In this document: positions 49,780 to 62,159 of the stretch, in pieces
Numbering within the stretch: the first letter of the stretch is position 1
How the letters are laid out: the number at the start of each line of letters is the position of its first letter
Assembly (NCBI GenBank): GCA_030141605.1
Contig: JAQGDQ010000482.1
Location: 105,939 to 169,938, forward strand
DNA from: Tubiluchus corallicola
Lineage: Eukaryota; Animalia; Priapulida
Direction of reading: 5' to 3'
DNA: 64,000 nt
Position numbers and translations under genes: made by a program
The notes under the pieces: generated by a model
The model's database searches: none
Told to the model about the DNA's origin: nothing
The model's input: the letters and a program-made list of their open reading frames with translations, nothing else

Positions 49780-51516
49780 AACAAGAAAATCCCCACTTGC
49801 ACTTACTGCCTTTTTGCATACAGGACTTGCGTCGGCTGTAACGCTGTATAAACATGTAAATTTAAACTCCCGTAATGACGATTTTGACGATAAGTCATTT
49901 GAAAACAAGTGTAGATAAGACTGAATAAAGTTTGAAAAATTAATCGGAGCATTCGTAGTGCACGCGTCACTAACTGAAAATAAAAACAGAAATTATGTTG
50001 TATTGTCAATAACATCAATGATGTGTTTGTTGGTGAGCCAGTGATGCACACTGGGATGGCTACGCAGTGCTGCTTTACCAGGACTTGGTAGCGCGAATAT
50101 TTGAAATTATTAAGAATTTTCTTTTCCAATTATACAAATCTTTCAAATAAGTAAACGTAACGCTGAGTAAAATAACTTTGTATGCACATACTCTTTGGGA
50201 CATACTCTTAAATTTTAATACAATTGATAATAATCGACCTAAATTCATCTAATCTAAATGTGCTGGTATCATGAAATGCGGTCAAATGCTTCTTATTTTT
50301 CGTTCGCTACTCATTATCCTAATGCATTTGTGAAACAAACGATTACCTGCTCGCTTAAGCTCGCTAATATAACTTCCCAAGTGATCGGTCGTGTCACGCG
50401 TCGTCTTCATTGTGGCTGAGGGGCAATCAAAAATTACTGTATGTATGAGGTTTGTCTTGTTGAACGTTCCACAGAATGGTTTATAGTATATTTATTTTCT
50501 CTCTCAGTTTCAGGCTTTCTGGCAGTGTATTGTTGTTGTTGTCGTTGATGTTGTCGTTGTCATTGATGTTGCCGATGTCGTTGCCGTTGCTGTTTATGCA
50601 GCCAATTACAATGTGGTTGGCAAAGTTGGACGGCATGAAGTCCAATTTCATACTTGTTTGTGATATGACCATGAAGTTTGGACTCAATGATGTGACGCAT
50701 TGGATAGGCTTGTTATAATTACGAACAGTTACCATGTACAAGTTCAGGCTTATGCTACATTACAGTTACACGACTGGCACTACATTATACTCTATACGAA
50801 CCTCTGCCATTCTGATAGCAAAAGTACAAGAACCACCAAACATTCCCAAACCCAACCGAGTAGCCCAGCAAGGAAAGGAGGAAGTCAAAGCGTCCCGTCC
50901 AGTTGGCTCATTCCACTTCTACATCGGAGACATCAGATCCGCTGATTGATACATTTTCCACATCATTCATCAAGAATGAATGGCTGGGTGCTTGGCACCA
51001 TTGCATGATGAGATTCATTCTCCGTTGGAAAACCATCATCAATCTACAAATTAATATAATACATGTGATATCGTCAACAATAGCAAAAGGTGAAAAAGTA
51101 AATCTCTCATCCACATCTAGGCAGATTGGTAACCACTCAAGTATTATACCAATCAAAATGAACTAAATGTGTTTAGTAGCACTTTTAAACACTAGTAAAT
51201 GTCTCATCAAATGTAGTAAAACATAATTAACCTACACTTCAAAAATACACTTAATATTATCCACTCATTGACTATCATAAAAAATTTTCTTTTATTAAAA
51301 TAGTACAGCTGAGACAAAATTTATTCAAGTAGTGAACATGTATGAATAAATAATAATAATAATAGACAAATAGAACCAATAATAGATAAATGAGTAAGTA
51401 TTTATAAGAATGTAATTAAGTAAATAAATGCTGTTAGTATTTTATAATTTTATGAATAATTTATAGAGCAAATAGCCGCATGAATAAAAAGTGAATTGAT
51501 GGCAATTTAATTACTA

Positions 51517-52338
51517 CTAGCAAAGGCCCCGCAAAAGATTTTGCGTAAAAACCACGTATAATCAATAACACGCGAACATCCTACACAGTCCTCATTTATA
51601 ACACAAAGCCCGTAACATCTAGCCTACTGTTTGTTTATCTAACGCAAAGCCTGTAGCAGCTTTTTACTGAATTAAAGTTATAGACAGAGTACAGCAGGCA
51701 GCGTTTATTGAATTAAAGTTATAGGCAGAGTACAATGGATGACGCCAGAACAATGGAATGCGTCAGCAGTTTTCTAAGCGAAAATTGCCGAAAATGGAAC
51801 ATGTTATTAACTCGTTGATACTCCTCGGTGGACGTGCCCTAAAATATAACATCATCGTGTAGCCCTGTCCTTCCTCTTTGTAAAGAGCTATATATCTCCT
51901 TCCGAGAGTCCCACCGGGCGACGCTAGAACGTTTTTCCCGCATGCTGTTTGGTCAAAATTTCGAAAAAATCGCGAGTTGGGTCCGGGAAAACGCCCGTTG
52001 CGGGGCGCCCTGGCCCTCTCGCGAATTCTAAATATGCCTACTACACCCACCGCTGAACGGGCTATCTATCCACACCCAGCACCCTCCTCGGCCCGTTCCC
52101 GTTCTTTACATCTCAGCCGTATAACTTTTGCAAAAAACGGCCGAAAAAGGGCCATTTTTGGAGGTTTTTCGCCCCCCTCCTCCCGGTGGGCCCGATTCAA
52201 AAAATAAACCCCCAATGAGACGACACTAGATCGAGACCTTTCGTTTGATATATAGATCGCCGCAAATGGTGCCCTCGTCGGAGCTGTAGCCTCGAATCTT
52301 ATATATAAAGCCCATACCAAGAATATTAATATAACAGA
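51517..52338 (-). mobile_element. Non-autonomous Helitron, copy 1
   Basis: On minus: 5' TC(TGTTATATTAATATT), 3' hairpin cgcaaaa-tc-ttttgcg about 10 nt before CTAG|T. Confidence 0.8.
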
Positions 52339-52379
52339 CTAGCCAAACCCCACAAAAAGAATTTTGTGCACAAATCAAC

Positions 52380-53350
52380 ACACAACCCACACCACACCAC
52401 TCCACCTCATCACACCACACTGCACCACACCATACCACTCCACCTCATCGCACCACACTGCACCACACAATACCACCACACCATACCACCTACACACCAC
52501 ACCACCCACACCATAATACTCCACCACATCACACCGCACAGCACCACACCCTAACACCACACTGCACCACACCACACCACCCACACCATACCACTCCACC
52601 AGACTGCATCTCACAATACCACTGCACCACCCACACACCATAATACTCCACCACATCACACTGCACAGCACCACACCATAACACCACACTGCACCACACC
52701 ACCCACACCATACCACTCCACCACATCACACCACACCATACCACTGCAGCACACTGCACCACCCACACACACACCACACCACCCACACCATACGACTCCA
52801 CCACATCACACCACACCATACCACTGCACCACACCGCACCACCCACACACCACACCACCCACACCATACCACTCCACCAGACTGCACCACACAATACCAC
52901 TGCACCACCCACACACCACACCACCCACACCATAATACTCCACCACATCACATCGCACAGCACCACACCATAACACCACACTGCACCACACCACACACAC
53001 CATACCACTCCACCACATCACACCACACCATACCACTGCAGCACACCGCACCACCCACACACACACCACACCACGCACACCATACGACTCCACCACATCA
53101 CACCACACTGCACCACACCATACCACTGCACCACCCACACACCACACCACCCACACCATAATGCTCCACCACATCACACCACACTGCACCACACCATAAC
53201 ACCACACTGCACCACAACACCCACCCACACACCACGCCACCCACTCCATACCACACTACCCACACCACACACCCTATCACCCCACCACACCATTCATAGC
53301 ACAACACACAAAGCACACCACCACCACACCACATCAAATCCACCACCTCA
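52380..53350. repeat. Complex (CAC/CACCA)-rich satellite
   Basis: Directly visible; explains the VVWCG ORFs. Confidence 0.93.
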
Positions 53351-53499
53351 CGTGGTGATCATGATGTTAATGATGATGATGATGATGGTGGTGGCAACGA
53401 TGACGACACCTATAGCACAAGCACCAACAGCACAGCATTACAACAAAACCATTCCAAACATTTTTCACAAAGTTGAAACTATGTGCTATAATATAATAA

Positions 53500-54237
53500 A
53501 TAGCAAAGGCCCCGCAAAAGATTTTGCGTAAAAAACCACGTATAATCAATAATACGCGAACATCCTACCTAGTCCACATTTATAACGCAAAGCCCGTAAC
53601 ATCATGCCTACAGTTTGTTTAACTAACGCAAAGCCTGTAGCAGCTTTTTGCTGAATTAAAGCTATAAGATTATACAATGGATGACGTCACAACAATGCCT
53701 TTGCGTCAGCAGTTTTCTAAGCGAAAATTGCCGAAAATAGAACATCTAATTAACTCGTCGGTACTCCTCTCGGTGGACCTGTCCTAACATATAGCCCACA
53801 TCATCGTGTAGCCCCGTTCTTCCTCTTTCTAAAGAGCCGTATATCTCCTTCCGAGAGTCTCACCAGGCGCCGCTAGAACGTTTTTCCCGCATGCTGTTTG
53901 GTCAAAATTTCGAAAAAATCGCGACTTGGGTCCGGGAAAATGCCCGTTGCGGGGCGCCGTGGCCCTCTCGCGAATTCTAAATATGCCTACTACACCCATC
54001 GCTGAACGGGCTATCTATCCATACCCAGCACCACCCTCGGCCCATTCCCGTTCTCTACATCTCAGCCGTATAACTTTTTCAAAAAACGGCCGAAAATGGC
54101 CATTTATGAATGAGACGACACTAGATCGAGACCTTTCGTTTGATGTATAGATCGGCGCAAATGGTGCCGTCGTCGAAGCTGTAGCCTCGAATCTTATATA
54201 TAATATAATATATAGCCAAGAATATTAATATAATAGA
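53500..54237 (-). mobile_element. Non-autonomous Helitron, copy 2
   Basis: Colinear with 51517-52338 apart from small indels. Confidence 0.8.
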
Positions 54238-54259
54238 CTAGCAAAGGCCCCGCCAAAGA

Positions 54260-54438
54260 TAGTAGTAGTAGTAGTAGTAGTGGTAGTAGCAGCAGCTGTA
54301 GTAGCGGCAGTAGTAGTGGCGGCGGCAGCAGCAGCAGCAGTAGTAGGTTAGTAGTAGTAGGTTAGTAGTAGTAGTAGTAGTGGTAGTGGCAGCAGTAATG
54401 GTAGTAGTAGTAGTAGTCGTCGTGGTAGTAGCAGCAGT
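54260..54438. repeat. (AGT)n/(GCA)n microsatellite
   Basis: Directly visible. Confidence 0.9.
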
Positions 54439-55620
54439 ATATATGTAGTATGTTTATAATATGTTTACCACTGCATTCTGAAGTAGTTCAGCAACTAAAT
54501 ATTATGTTATTGATGAAAACTCAAAGAGTTGCCATTAATCTGGGCAGCACCAGCACAAGATTTTCTTCCTAGTGTTGTACCAGTAGCCTTAGCAAAAAAT
54601 ATATGTTAAAGGTCAAGAAAAGGGGTACCTAAAGTAGGTTTCAGAACACCTTAAAAATTATATCACTTTACAGAAATTTTATGCGTATATCGTACTCGTG
54701 TTGAAAGGATTTTTTGTTTGTTTTCATTTTAAATCTCCCACAATACTGTTCCGACCGCGCCGTTACATGACGTCATATACGCACAATGTAAATCGGGGGA
54801 AGAAAAAGAAATGTTAAAATATGTCCCAAAAAAACTATCCATGCAAAGTTATATTACTTAGCGTTTCGCATACCTGCTTGAAAGAGTTACGTAGCTAGAA
54901 AAAATTATTAATTATTTAAAATGTTTTCACCAATTGGCAACATGTCGTTGACTCACCTCCAGGGAACACCACTCACAAACTAAAAAAGGGTATTTTTAAT
55001 CTTATTGAGAAGATACAGTAGTATAAAACTTTGCTTAGTGACGTGTGCGCTACGACTGCTTGTATATTTTTTCAAAGTTTACTCCGTGTTATTTAAACTT
55101 GTTTCAAATGACTTATCGTCAAAATGGCTGCGTCTAACGGTCATCACGAGAGTTTAAATTTACATGTTTATACAGCGTTACTACTGACGCAAGTCGTGCA
55201 AAAGGACAGTATGTAAGTGTTATAAAATTTCAAGACGATTTTTTAAACTTTATGCAAGTGGAGGGTTTTTTAGCTTTAATGCTTTCTATGTAAATTGGCA
55301 ATCGCTGTTATATTCATAGTAAATCTACTAAATTGTAAATTTTAAGTTGCTGCTGCTTTAATGCAGAATAAATCTCTCCCCTTTGCAAAGGTAACGCATC
55401 TTGAAGAGGACGTTGTTTTTTTATTTGTATTTATTTTTACGTTCGCCCTAAATGTTCTATTAGAGAATGATAAATAAACGCGCATTGAATAGAACAATAG
55501 AACGTTGAAACCTACGTTCACATTCATTTTGGAGATGCGGCGGGCAACTTCCAGAAAATTCTAAAATTAGGCTAAATTTTTTCAAGTTAAAACCCGTGCG
55601 TCCAACTACCTGTTTGCTAA

Positions 55621-55695
55621 GGGCCTATTCACACGGTGCGTTTTGGACGCATGACTCAGGTGTATGCGTCAAAAACGCACCGTGTAAATACGCCT
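55621..55695. mobile_element. 75-bp Harbinger-type mini-MITE (hairpin)
   Basis: TAA|gggcctattcacacggtgcgttttggacgcat ... atgcgtcaaaaacgcaccgtgtaaatacgcct|TAA. Confidence 0.75.
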
Positions 55696-56746
55696 TAAGA
55701 TGTAAATCTGTATGCGCTTTAATTGTGGGGAACCTAATTTGTTGTTTGTATCGATTTATTTGAATTTATTGATTGTATCATATTAAACAACCTCCATCAG
55801 CGTACAAAGTTGTACAGGCTGTAGGTGTAACAGTCGAGACACGCATAAACAGACAACACACGCACATTCTTCGTAATATTGTATAATAGTATGATATTTT
55901 TGCGCAAGCAAACGAAATCATTAAGCGAAATGCACGGATTTGCACAAAGCCTGTAATCACTTGTGCTGATTTCTCAATTTTATATATAAGCAAAAAAGGT
56001 TTCCGGCTTACAGATGATTGCTCACAGCGTGTGCTTAAAGCATAAGAAAACTCTTTACTTACATAAAGCAAAAAATTCACCTACGTGCTGCCTTATTGCC
56101 TACAGCGCTTGTGTTAACAGTAACGGCGTATAGAACTTGAACATCTAAACTCCCGCCATGATGGTTAGGTGCAGCCATTTTGACAGTAGGTCATTTGAAA
56201 CGTGCTTAGATAACATTGCATGAAGTTTGAAAATATAATCAAAGCAGTCGTAACACGCACTTCACAAACCAAGCAAAATTATGAATTACAATGTATTGTC
56301 AATAAAATTAAAAATACGTTTTTGTGTGTCAGTGGTGCACACTGGGAAGGTAAGTCAGCGATATTTTAGTAGTTGGCGGGAACATTTTAAATTGTTAAGA
56401 ATTTTCTTTTCTGGTAACACTTGAGCAGGCAAGCGTAATGCTAAGTAATATAATTTTGCCCGATCAGCCTGATCAGTGTCTTAGAAATTCAAGGTTTTGG
56501 TCCCTTCACAACCATCTTAGAGTGACAACTTAACAATAAAAGATATATGGAAAGAAATATGTACGTTGTTGTGTTTGACAAATGCGTGATAAGTGTGTCA
56601 ATATCTGAAATAATATTATGCATAGCCACTTTGGAACTGTTTACTAAGCTTGTAGCATAATTACTATATGATTACCTAAAATTTGTAGTTAAAACAACAC
56701 AACTTTGTTAAAACTTTCACTTTACAAAGTTAGAAAGTTAAAATCA

Positions 56747-56789
56747 TGCCAAACGTTTCGGCAGACTACTGCTATCATCATCAGTGGTA
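56747..56789 (-). ncRNA. Candidate minimal type I hammerhead ribozyme (Penelope-like)
   Basis: Minus strand: acca-CUGAUGA-ugauagcaguagucugcc-GAAAC-GUU-uggc. Confidence 0.5.
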
Positions 56790-57373
56790 AATTTGCAAAC
56801 ATACAACCAGTTTATATTGGCAGAGCCAAGAGCCTATTATACACTAATTAAGTAGTTAACAGAAGCCAAATAGGTAATGAATAGGCAGACCAGTAAAGAA
56901 ATTGATACAGTAACTTATGCACTAATTATGTATTTCAAAATTTATGTTGCAGTATAATACTTGGTTATGATTACGTATTTACAAATGGCATCGTTCTCCA
57001 TCTGCTTAAAATATGAGAATTCATACCAATATCAGAATTGAAATACATTGTATCAAAATATTAATTATATTACCAGATTGATCCAATTGATTTGCAAATT
57101 GACACACATTCCACTTAACGCTGTAATCACAAGGCAAAGAAAATAGCTTTAAACTCTTATACACGTGTTATAAGTAACTTTCAGTTCTTTAATAATATAG
57201 GCATCGTAATTTACACCACACCCCACCCCCACAGCAGTTTTATTGTATAACTGTAAAATCAGACGTCTGCAATCGAAAATTTTCGTCACAACCTGTAATT
57301 AACCCTAGTTTTCTAATACATTTGAACTTTGTCTATGTACTACAAAAGTTTTCATTTTTATTGCAAACCTCAA

Positions 57374-58003
57374 AGGAAGACAGGATGATTTTTCATGTAC
57401 CACCCCATTTTCAAGTCCGAGAAAAATTATACATTTTAACATGATTAATATTGCAAAAGCGTTTCTCGTAATTAAATAATAGATCAAAAACTTAGTTAAT
57501 GGCGGGCGAGCCTAGCTATTGATGACATCACAAACGTACATAATTTTCAACAGCACTGATATTCCACGAGCGTGTTGCACGTGTTTGGGAAAGCGAAAAT
57601 TGAAGTACATTGCTGCTGTAAGATATTCAGTGTGTTGTACTAAAACTAGGCAAGTTTTAAGATAAAAATCCAAATTTCAATTATTCGAATTTTCAAATCA
57701 AAATTCACGCATGAGCTGTCGAGCGTACGTAGTTCGTCACAAACTAACACATCTGAACTGAGAAATACAGCACCTGTTGTCTGTGCAATGCGTTTCCGAA
57801 ATGCTAGCACTAGTACCCGTGTAACTAGCGAATGACGAAATGTATGTAACAGCGGAAAACTAGTGGCGCGAACGTGAAATTGTGTTTGTTTGGTAATAAT
57901 TCTTTCATGTAAGTCATTTTTAAAAAAAATAGCACGTTTCCTTTCAATATTTTAAAGAGTAGATTGTTTTGACTTACAGTTTAAGACTGGGTCCGGTTTT
58001 GCT
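57374..58003 (+). mobile_element. Kolobok-like non-autonomous element, copy 2
   Basis: aggaagacagga ... tccggttttgct|TTAA; similar to 17100-17692. Confidence 0.7.
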
Positions 58004-58010
58004 TTAAAAA

Positions 58011-58150
58011 CGACATAGACATAGACATAGATATATAACATTTATTTTCTCCAATATAGTTTTATAGCAAACGTTTGTTAAATATTAAATAATTGTAACG
58101 ATGGAACAGGGCAGGAAGGGACCATAGGGTCATCTAGTCTCCTGCCCTTT
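58011..58150 (-). mobile_element. CR1-like LINE 3' end
   Basis: On minus: agggcagga-gactagatgaccctatggtccct-tcctgccct, then AATAAA and a (CTATGT)n tail. Confidence 0.65.
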
Positions 58151-58623
58151 CTTATAGATAGATTGGTATATTAAAAATAAACGGTATATTAAAAACGCTT
58201 TATTTAACATACACTGCACACATGCGTGACGATTAAGCCCAGAATGGACGTATTACACAAGATCATAGATTTCAACAACAATATACTTACATGTCATAAA
58301 TGTTTGCGCATGTACGCCATATCTGTAAATGCGCGAGTTGAAAGTTGAACCACACGCGCTGTTTTATTTTTCTTAAATGCAGAGATATTTCTCCTGTCCT
58401 TTTCTGTTGCAGATAGGAAAAGTGAAAAGTACGTTAGGTTTTTTTTGTGCGTGAAACCAAGAGTACATTTAGCAATCAGTTTCGTTCAGAAGTCAGATTG
58501 TTTACTAAAAAAAAGACTCGGCAGTTTGTTTACTAAAAAGGACTCAGAAAAGACGTAATTGAAATATAAAAGTTGTTCGCGTTTTCATCTAAAAACAGTA
58601 AATATCAAGGCTGAATTACGGGT

Positions 58624-58899
58624 ATGTGGCGAAGTCCAGTTCAGACGTTTGTGTTGTTGTTACTGTTGCTGCTTCAGAGTAATTTCTGCCTTCCGCAAAG
58701 CTTAAACATCACAAACGCCTTGAACAAAGATGGTAAACAACTGAAAGATTTATACATTATGGCGTTGTTTCCCATGGAAGGCCTCTTCAAGGCTGGTAAG
58801 GCCTTTATTATAACCGTCAATATGGCCTTGGAGCGTATTAATGAAAGAGAAGACGTCCTGCCTGGATACCGACTTAATCTAGTTTGGAACGACACGAAG
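58624..58899 (+). CDS. GABA-B-receptor-like class C GPCR, exon 1 (signal peptide and start of Venus flytrap domain)
   Basis: Leu-rich signal peptide; LYIMALFPM...MALERINEREDVLPGYRLNLVWNDTK|GTGAG. Confidence 0.88.
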
Positions 58900-59109
58900 G
58901 TGAGATATGAAATTGCGCAGAAAATGTTTCTAGATTTTGTTCACCATATTATAAGAAAAAAGATACAGAATAGTTTGAAATAACCACTTAGCTGTTGAGC
59001 ATGTTTATGTGTGAATACTAAAAATATGAGGGCATCACCCTAACTTGTCCAAAAATACACATTTTTAAATGTAGTCAAAACTGCAGAAACAAATTTGTGT
59101 AACTATGTT

Positions 59110-59668
59110 AAAATTTACGGGAAGTGCTTTATGTATCGTCCATTTTCATTACAAGACATTTTCTTTCCGTAGATTAGGCAGTTTCTCGTTTCTTTAAATA
59201 GCGTTAGCTCCCAGCAAGTTTTGCCTTTAATTCCTATGCATTAAACGGTTCTGTCCGACCATTGTACACTTTCTCTTCAATTATGGGGAATTCCAGGTGC
59301 CTATATCGAAGGGATTAAGTCTCATTTTCCTTGGCAACAAACCCATATCGATGCTTTATTTTCTGTGGTGAAAACCATGATGTAACCCATCTGACTTGTG
59401 TATTGCTTTGTTGCCGTTTATTGGCTGTTATATTTTATACGAGAAAGTGGCTGTTTTTCAGACAAGGAACCAATGATTGTAGCTGACATTGTCCCGCCAT
59501 TTAATTTTTTAACATACAAATTTCTTTAGCCATTTAAAAACTACTAAACCTGCAAACTCGCAACCGCCAGAAGTTAATGCACTGTAAATCATGCTATCGA
59601 ATTTCCATTATGCTTCTCATATTATTGTAGTCTAAACTTCGGCACATTTTTTCTGAGCCACCCGGTAG
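59110..59668 (-). mobile_element. Degenerate Tc1/mariner remnant in intron 1
   Basis: Minus strand LNPFDIGTWN..LKRKVYN (cf. SPDLNPxDxxxW); TA|ccgggtggctcagaaaa end at ~59666. Confidence 0.5.
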
Positions 59669-59873
59669 TATTTACCTCTTCTATGTTGTATAAATGTCTA
59701 GAACTAAAAAATAAAGTAGTCTAGCTGCTATAACCCAAATTATGAAAAAGTAAGTTTGCATTTCAAATCATGGTACGTGATGTGAATAAGGAATTTTTGC
59801 AGGGAACTATCTCCATAGTATCCGGTAGCCGGTTCTGCGCTATTGTATATTTCTTTGATCTTTTTGTTTTTAG

Positions 59874-60011
59874 TGTACACCTGGGAGAGCTGTTCATGTT
59901 ATGTATGAGATGCTGCATGAAGAACCTGTTAAATTAGCAGTTCTAGGAGATCCTTATAGTCCAGTCAGCGAGGCAACTGGGCAAACAGTTCACTTTTGGA
60001 ATATTATTATG
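59874..60011 (+). CDS. GABA-B-like GPCR exon 2
   Basis: ttttag|CTPGRAVHVMYEMLHEEPVKLAVLGDPYSPVSEATGQTVHFWNIIM|gtaatg; phase 0. Confidence 0.88.
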
Positions 60012-60593
60012 GTAATGTACTGCTTAAGTACATACATGTACTTTTATTGGGACATTGGGTGGTTTCTTGTCAGCGAAGCAACTGCGCAAACAGTTCACTT
60101 TTGGAATATTATTATGGTAATGTACTGCTTAAGTACATAGATGTACTTTTATTGGGACATTGGGTGGTTTCTTGTCAGCGAAGCAACTGCGCAAACAGTT
60201 CACTTTTGGAATATTATTATGGTAATGTACTGCTTAAGTACATACATGTAGTTTTATTGGGACATTGGGTGGTTTCTTGTCAGCGAGGCAACTGAGCAAA
60301 CAGTTCACTTTTGGAATATTATTATGGTAATGTACTGCTTAAGTACATACATGTACTTTTATTGGGACATTGGGTGGTTTCTTGTCAGCGAAGCAACTGC
60401 GCAAACAGTTCACTTTTGGAATATTATTATGGTAATGTACTGCTTAAGTACATACATGTAGTTTTATTGGGACATTGGGTGGTTTCTTGTCAGCGAAGCA
60501 ACTGGGCAAACAGTTCACTTTTGGAATATTATTATGGTAATGTACTGCTTAAGTACATACATGTACTTTTATTGGGACATTGGGTGGTTTCTT
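59964..60593 (+). repeat. 105-bp tandem repeat x6 spanning the exon 2 / intron 2 boundary
   Basis: gtcagcga recurs at 59964, 60069, 60174, 60279, 60384 and 60489. Confidence 0.95.
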
Positions 60594-60758
60594 GATAGCG
60601 AGAATTTTGCTTGCTTTCACCGAAAATAATAAAAGCCGTGCGCTCTTCCATGTTCAAATGGCAACATTCCATCTTTTTTATTGTTCCTTCTTGTAAATCA
60701 GGCATCGTAATGATCGAAATGGGGTGCATTCGAACGAAGAAAAAACAAAATGAATTAT

Positions 60759-60905
60759 TGAATGAATGAATGAATGAATTAATTAATTAATTAATGAGCG
60801 AATGAATGAATGGATGAATGAGTGAATGAATGAATGAATGAACGAACAAATGAACGAACAAACGAGCGAACGAACAAGCGAAACAAATAAGCAGTTTAAC
60901 AAACG
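60759..60905. repeat. (GAAT)n/(GAAC)n tract
   Basis: Directly visible. Confidence 0.85.
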
Positions 60906-61004
60906 AGCACACAACGTACAAACCTAAAGTGCAACTTTTTAATAACGCCTGAATAACTAAGTACTTAAATAATTAACAAACTAGTAAACTATTTATTTTT
61001 GTAG

Positions 61005-61175
61005 TGTGGAATGGGAGCAGCTTCGCCGAATCTCTCAAACAAAAAACTATTTCCGAGATTCTTTCGTGCCGTCGGTCCGGAAAGTGCTAAAAACTCGGCT
61101 CATGTAGAATTTATAGTGAAACAAGGATGGAAAAGAGTGGCATGCATACATCAATCATTTGGGCTTTTCTCTGCG
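61005..61175 (+). CDS. GABA-B-like GPCR exon 3 (gene presumably continues beyond the window)
   Basis: tttttgtag|CGMGAASPNLSNKKLFPRFFRAVGPES...GWKRVACIHQSFGLFSA|gtaaat; matches the GABA-B SPALSNR..FP.FFRT...GW..IATI pattern. Confidence 0.88.
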
Positions 61176-61807
61176 GTAAATCCTTCAACAATTATCATGT
61201 GGTTTCTTTAGTCACGTATTTAGTATGGCTTCACTCAATATTTTCAGCAGTAATTACTTCTCTAATGCTTCACGTGCACTAAAAAGACACGCAGAAAATG
61301 AAGGAGTTAATTTATGCTGATAGGTCACTATTGCTTATAAATAAACCTGTCTTTCACAAATTTATGAAAATATAATTAATTTTTCTTTTACATTAACATT
61401 TGAAGAATCGGGAATTGAAAATGTGATAATTATTACCATAATTGGAACATCGCGTGAAAATTGTGTAGAAGCAGTTGATGAACAAAACGAAATTAACTTG
61501 AGTGCGCACGCGAATTCGGTGTATATTAGCATTGTTGAAGTGCATGGTCTATCTAAAGTAATGCTGCGAACGAATGAAAACATTTTCCAGTCTCCAGTCA
61601 TGTGAAAGAACGGTTTTCTTTTGTTTATCCAACACTTTTAGATACCAAAAATAATACGTAGTAGCATCAATGCTGCAGTTTAACTTATTTATCTTAGTTT
61701 TCTTTAATTTACATTACATTATTTAATTTTAAGATGACTAAAAATCTTATAAGATTGGTACTATTTACACTTAATATAATTTTGTGCTTTTAAAATCATT
61801 AATTTTA

Positions 61808-62044
61808 TAATTATTATTATTATTATTATTGTTGTTGTTGTTGTTGTTGTTATTATTGCTATTGTTATTAATATTATTATTATTATTATTATTATTATTA
61901 TCATCGTCATCATCATCATCGTCACCATCATCATCATTATTATTATTGTTATCATTATTATTGTTGCTGTTGTTATTATTACTATCATCATCATCATCAT
62001 CATCATCACCACCATCACCATCATTACTAATATTATTATTATTA

Positions 62045-62134
<90 letters not shown>
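61808..62134. repeat. (ATT)n/(GTT)n/(CAT)n compound microsatellite
   Basis: Directly visible. Confidence 0.95.
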
Positions 62135-62159
62135 GCTAGTTTAAGACAGCACAATTAGC

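Noticed and set aside
50476-51170. Overlapping 70-87 aa ORFs on both strands
   Set aside because: No recognisable domain or consistent splice signals; partly low-complexity.
52226-53346. Cys/Trp/Val-rich ORFs (VVWCG repeats)
   Set aside because: They are translations of the CAC-rich satellite, open in several frames.
61761-62158. Poly-I/L/Y/S ORFs; likewise the SLSL and ERER ORFs at 49-330 and 26088-26363
   Set aside because: Microsatellite translations.
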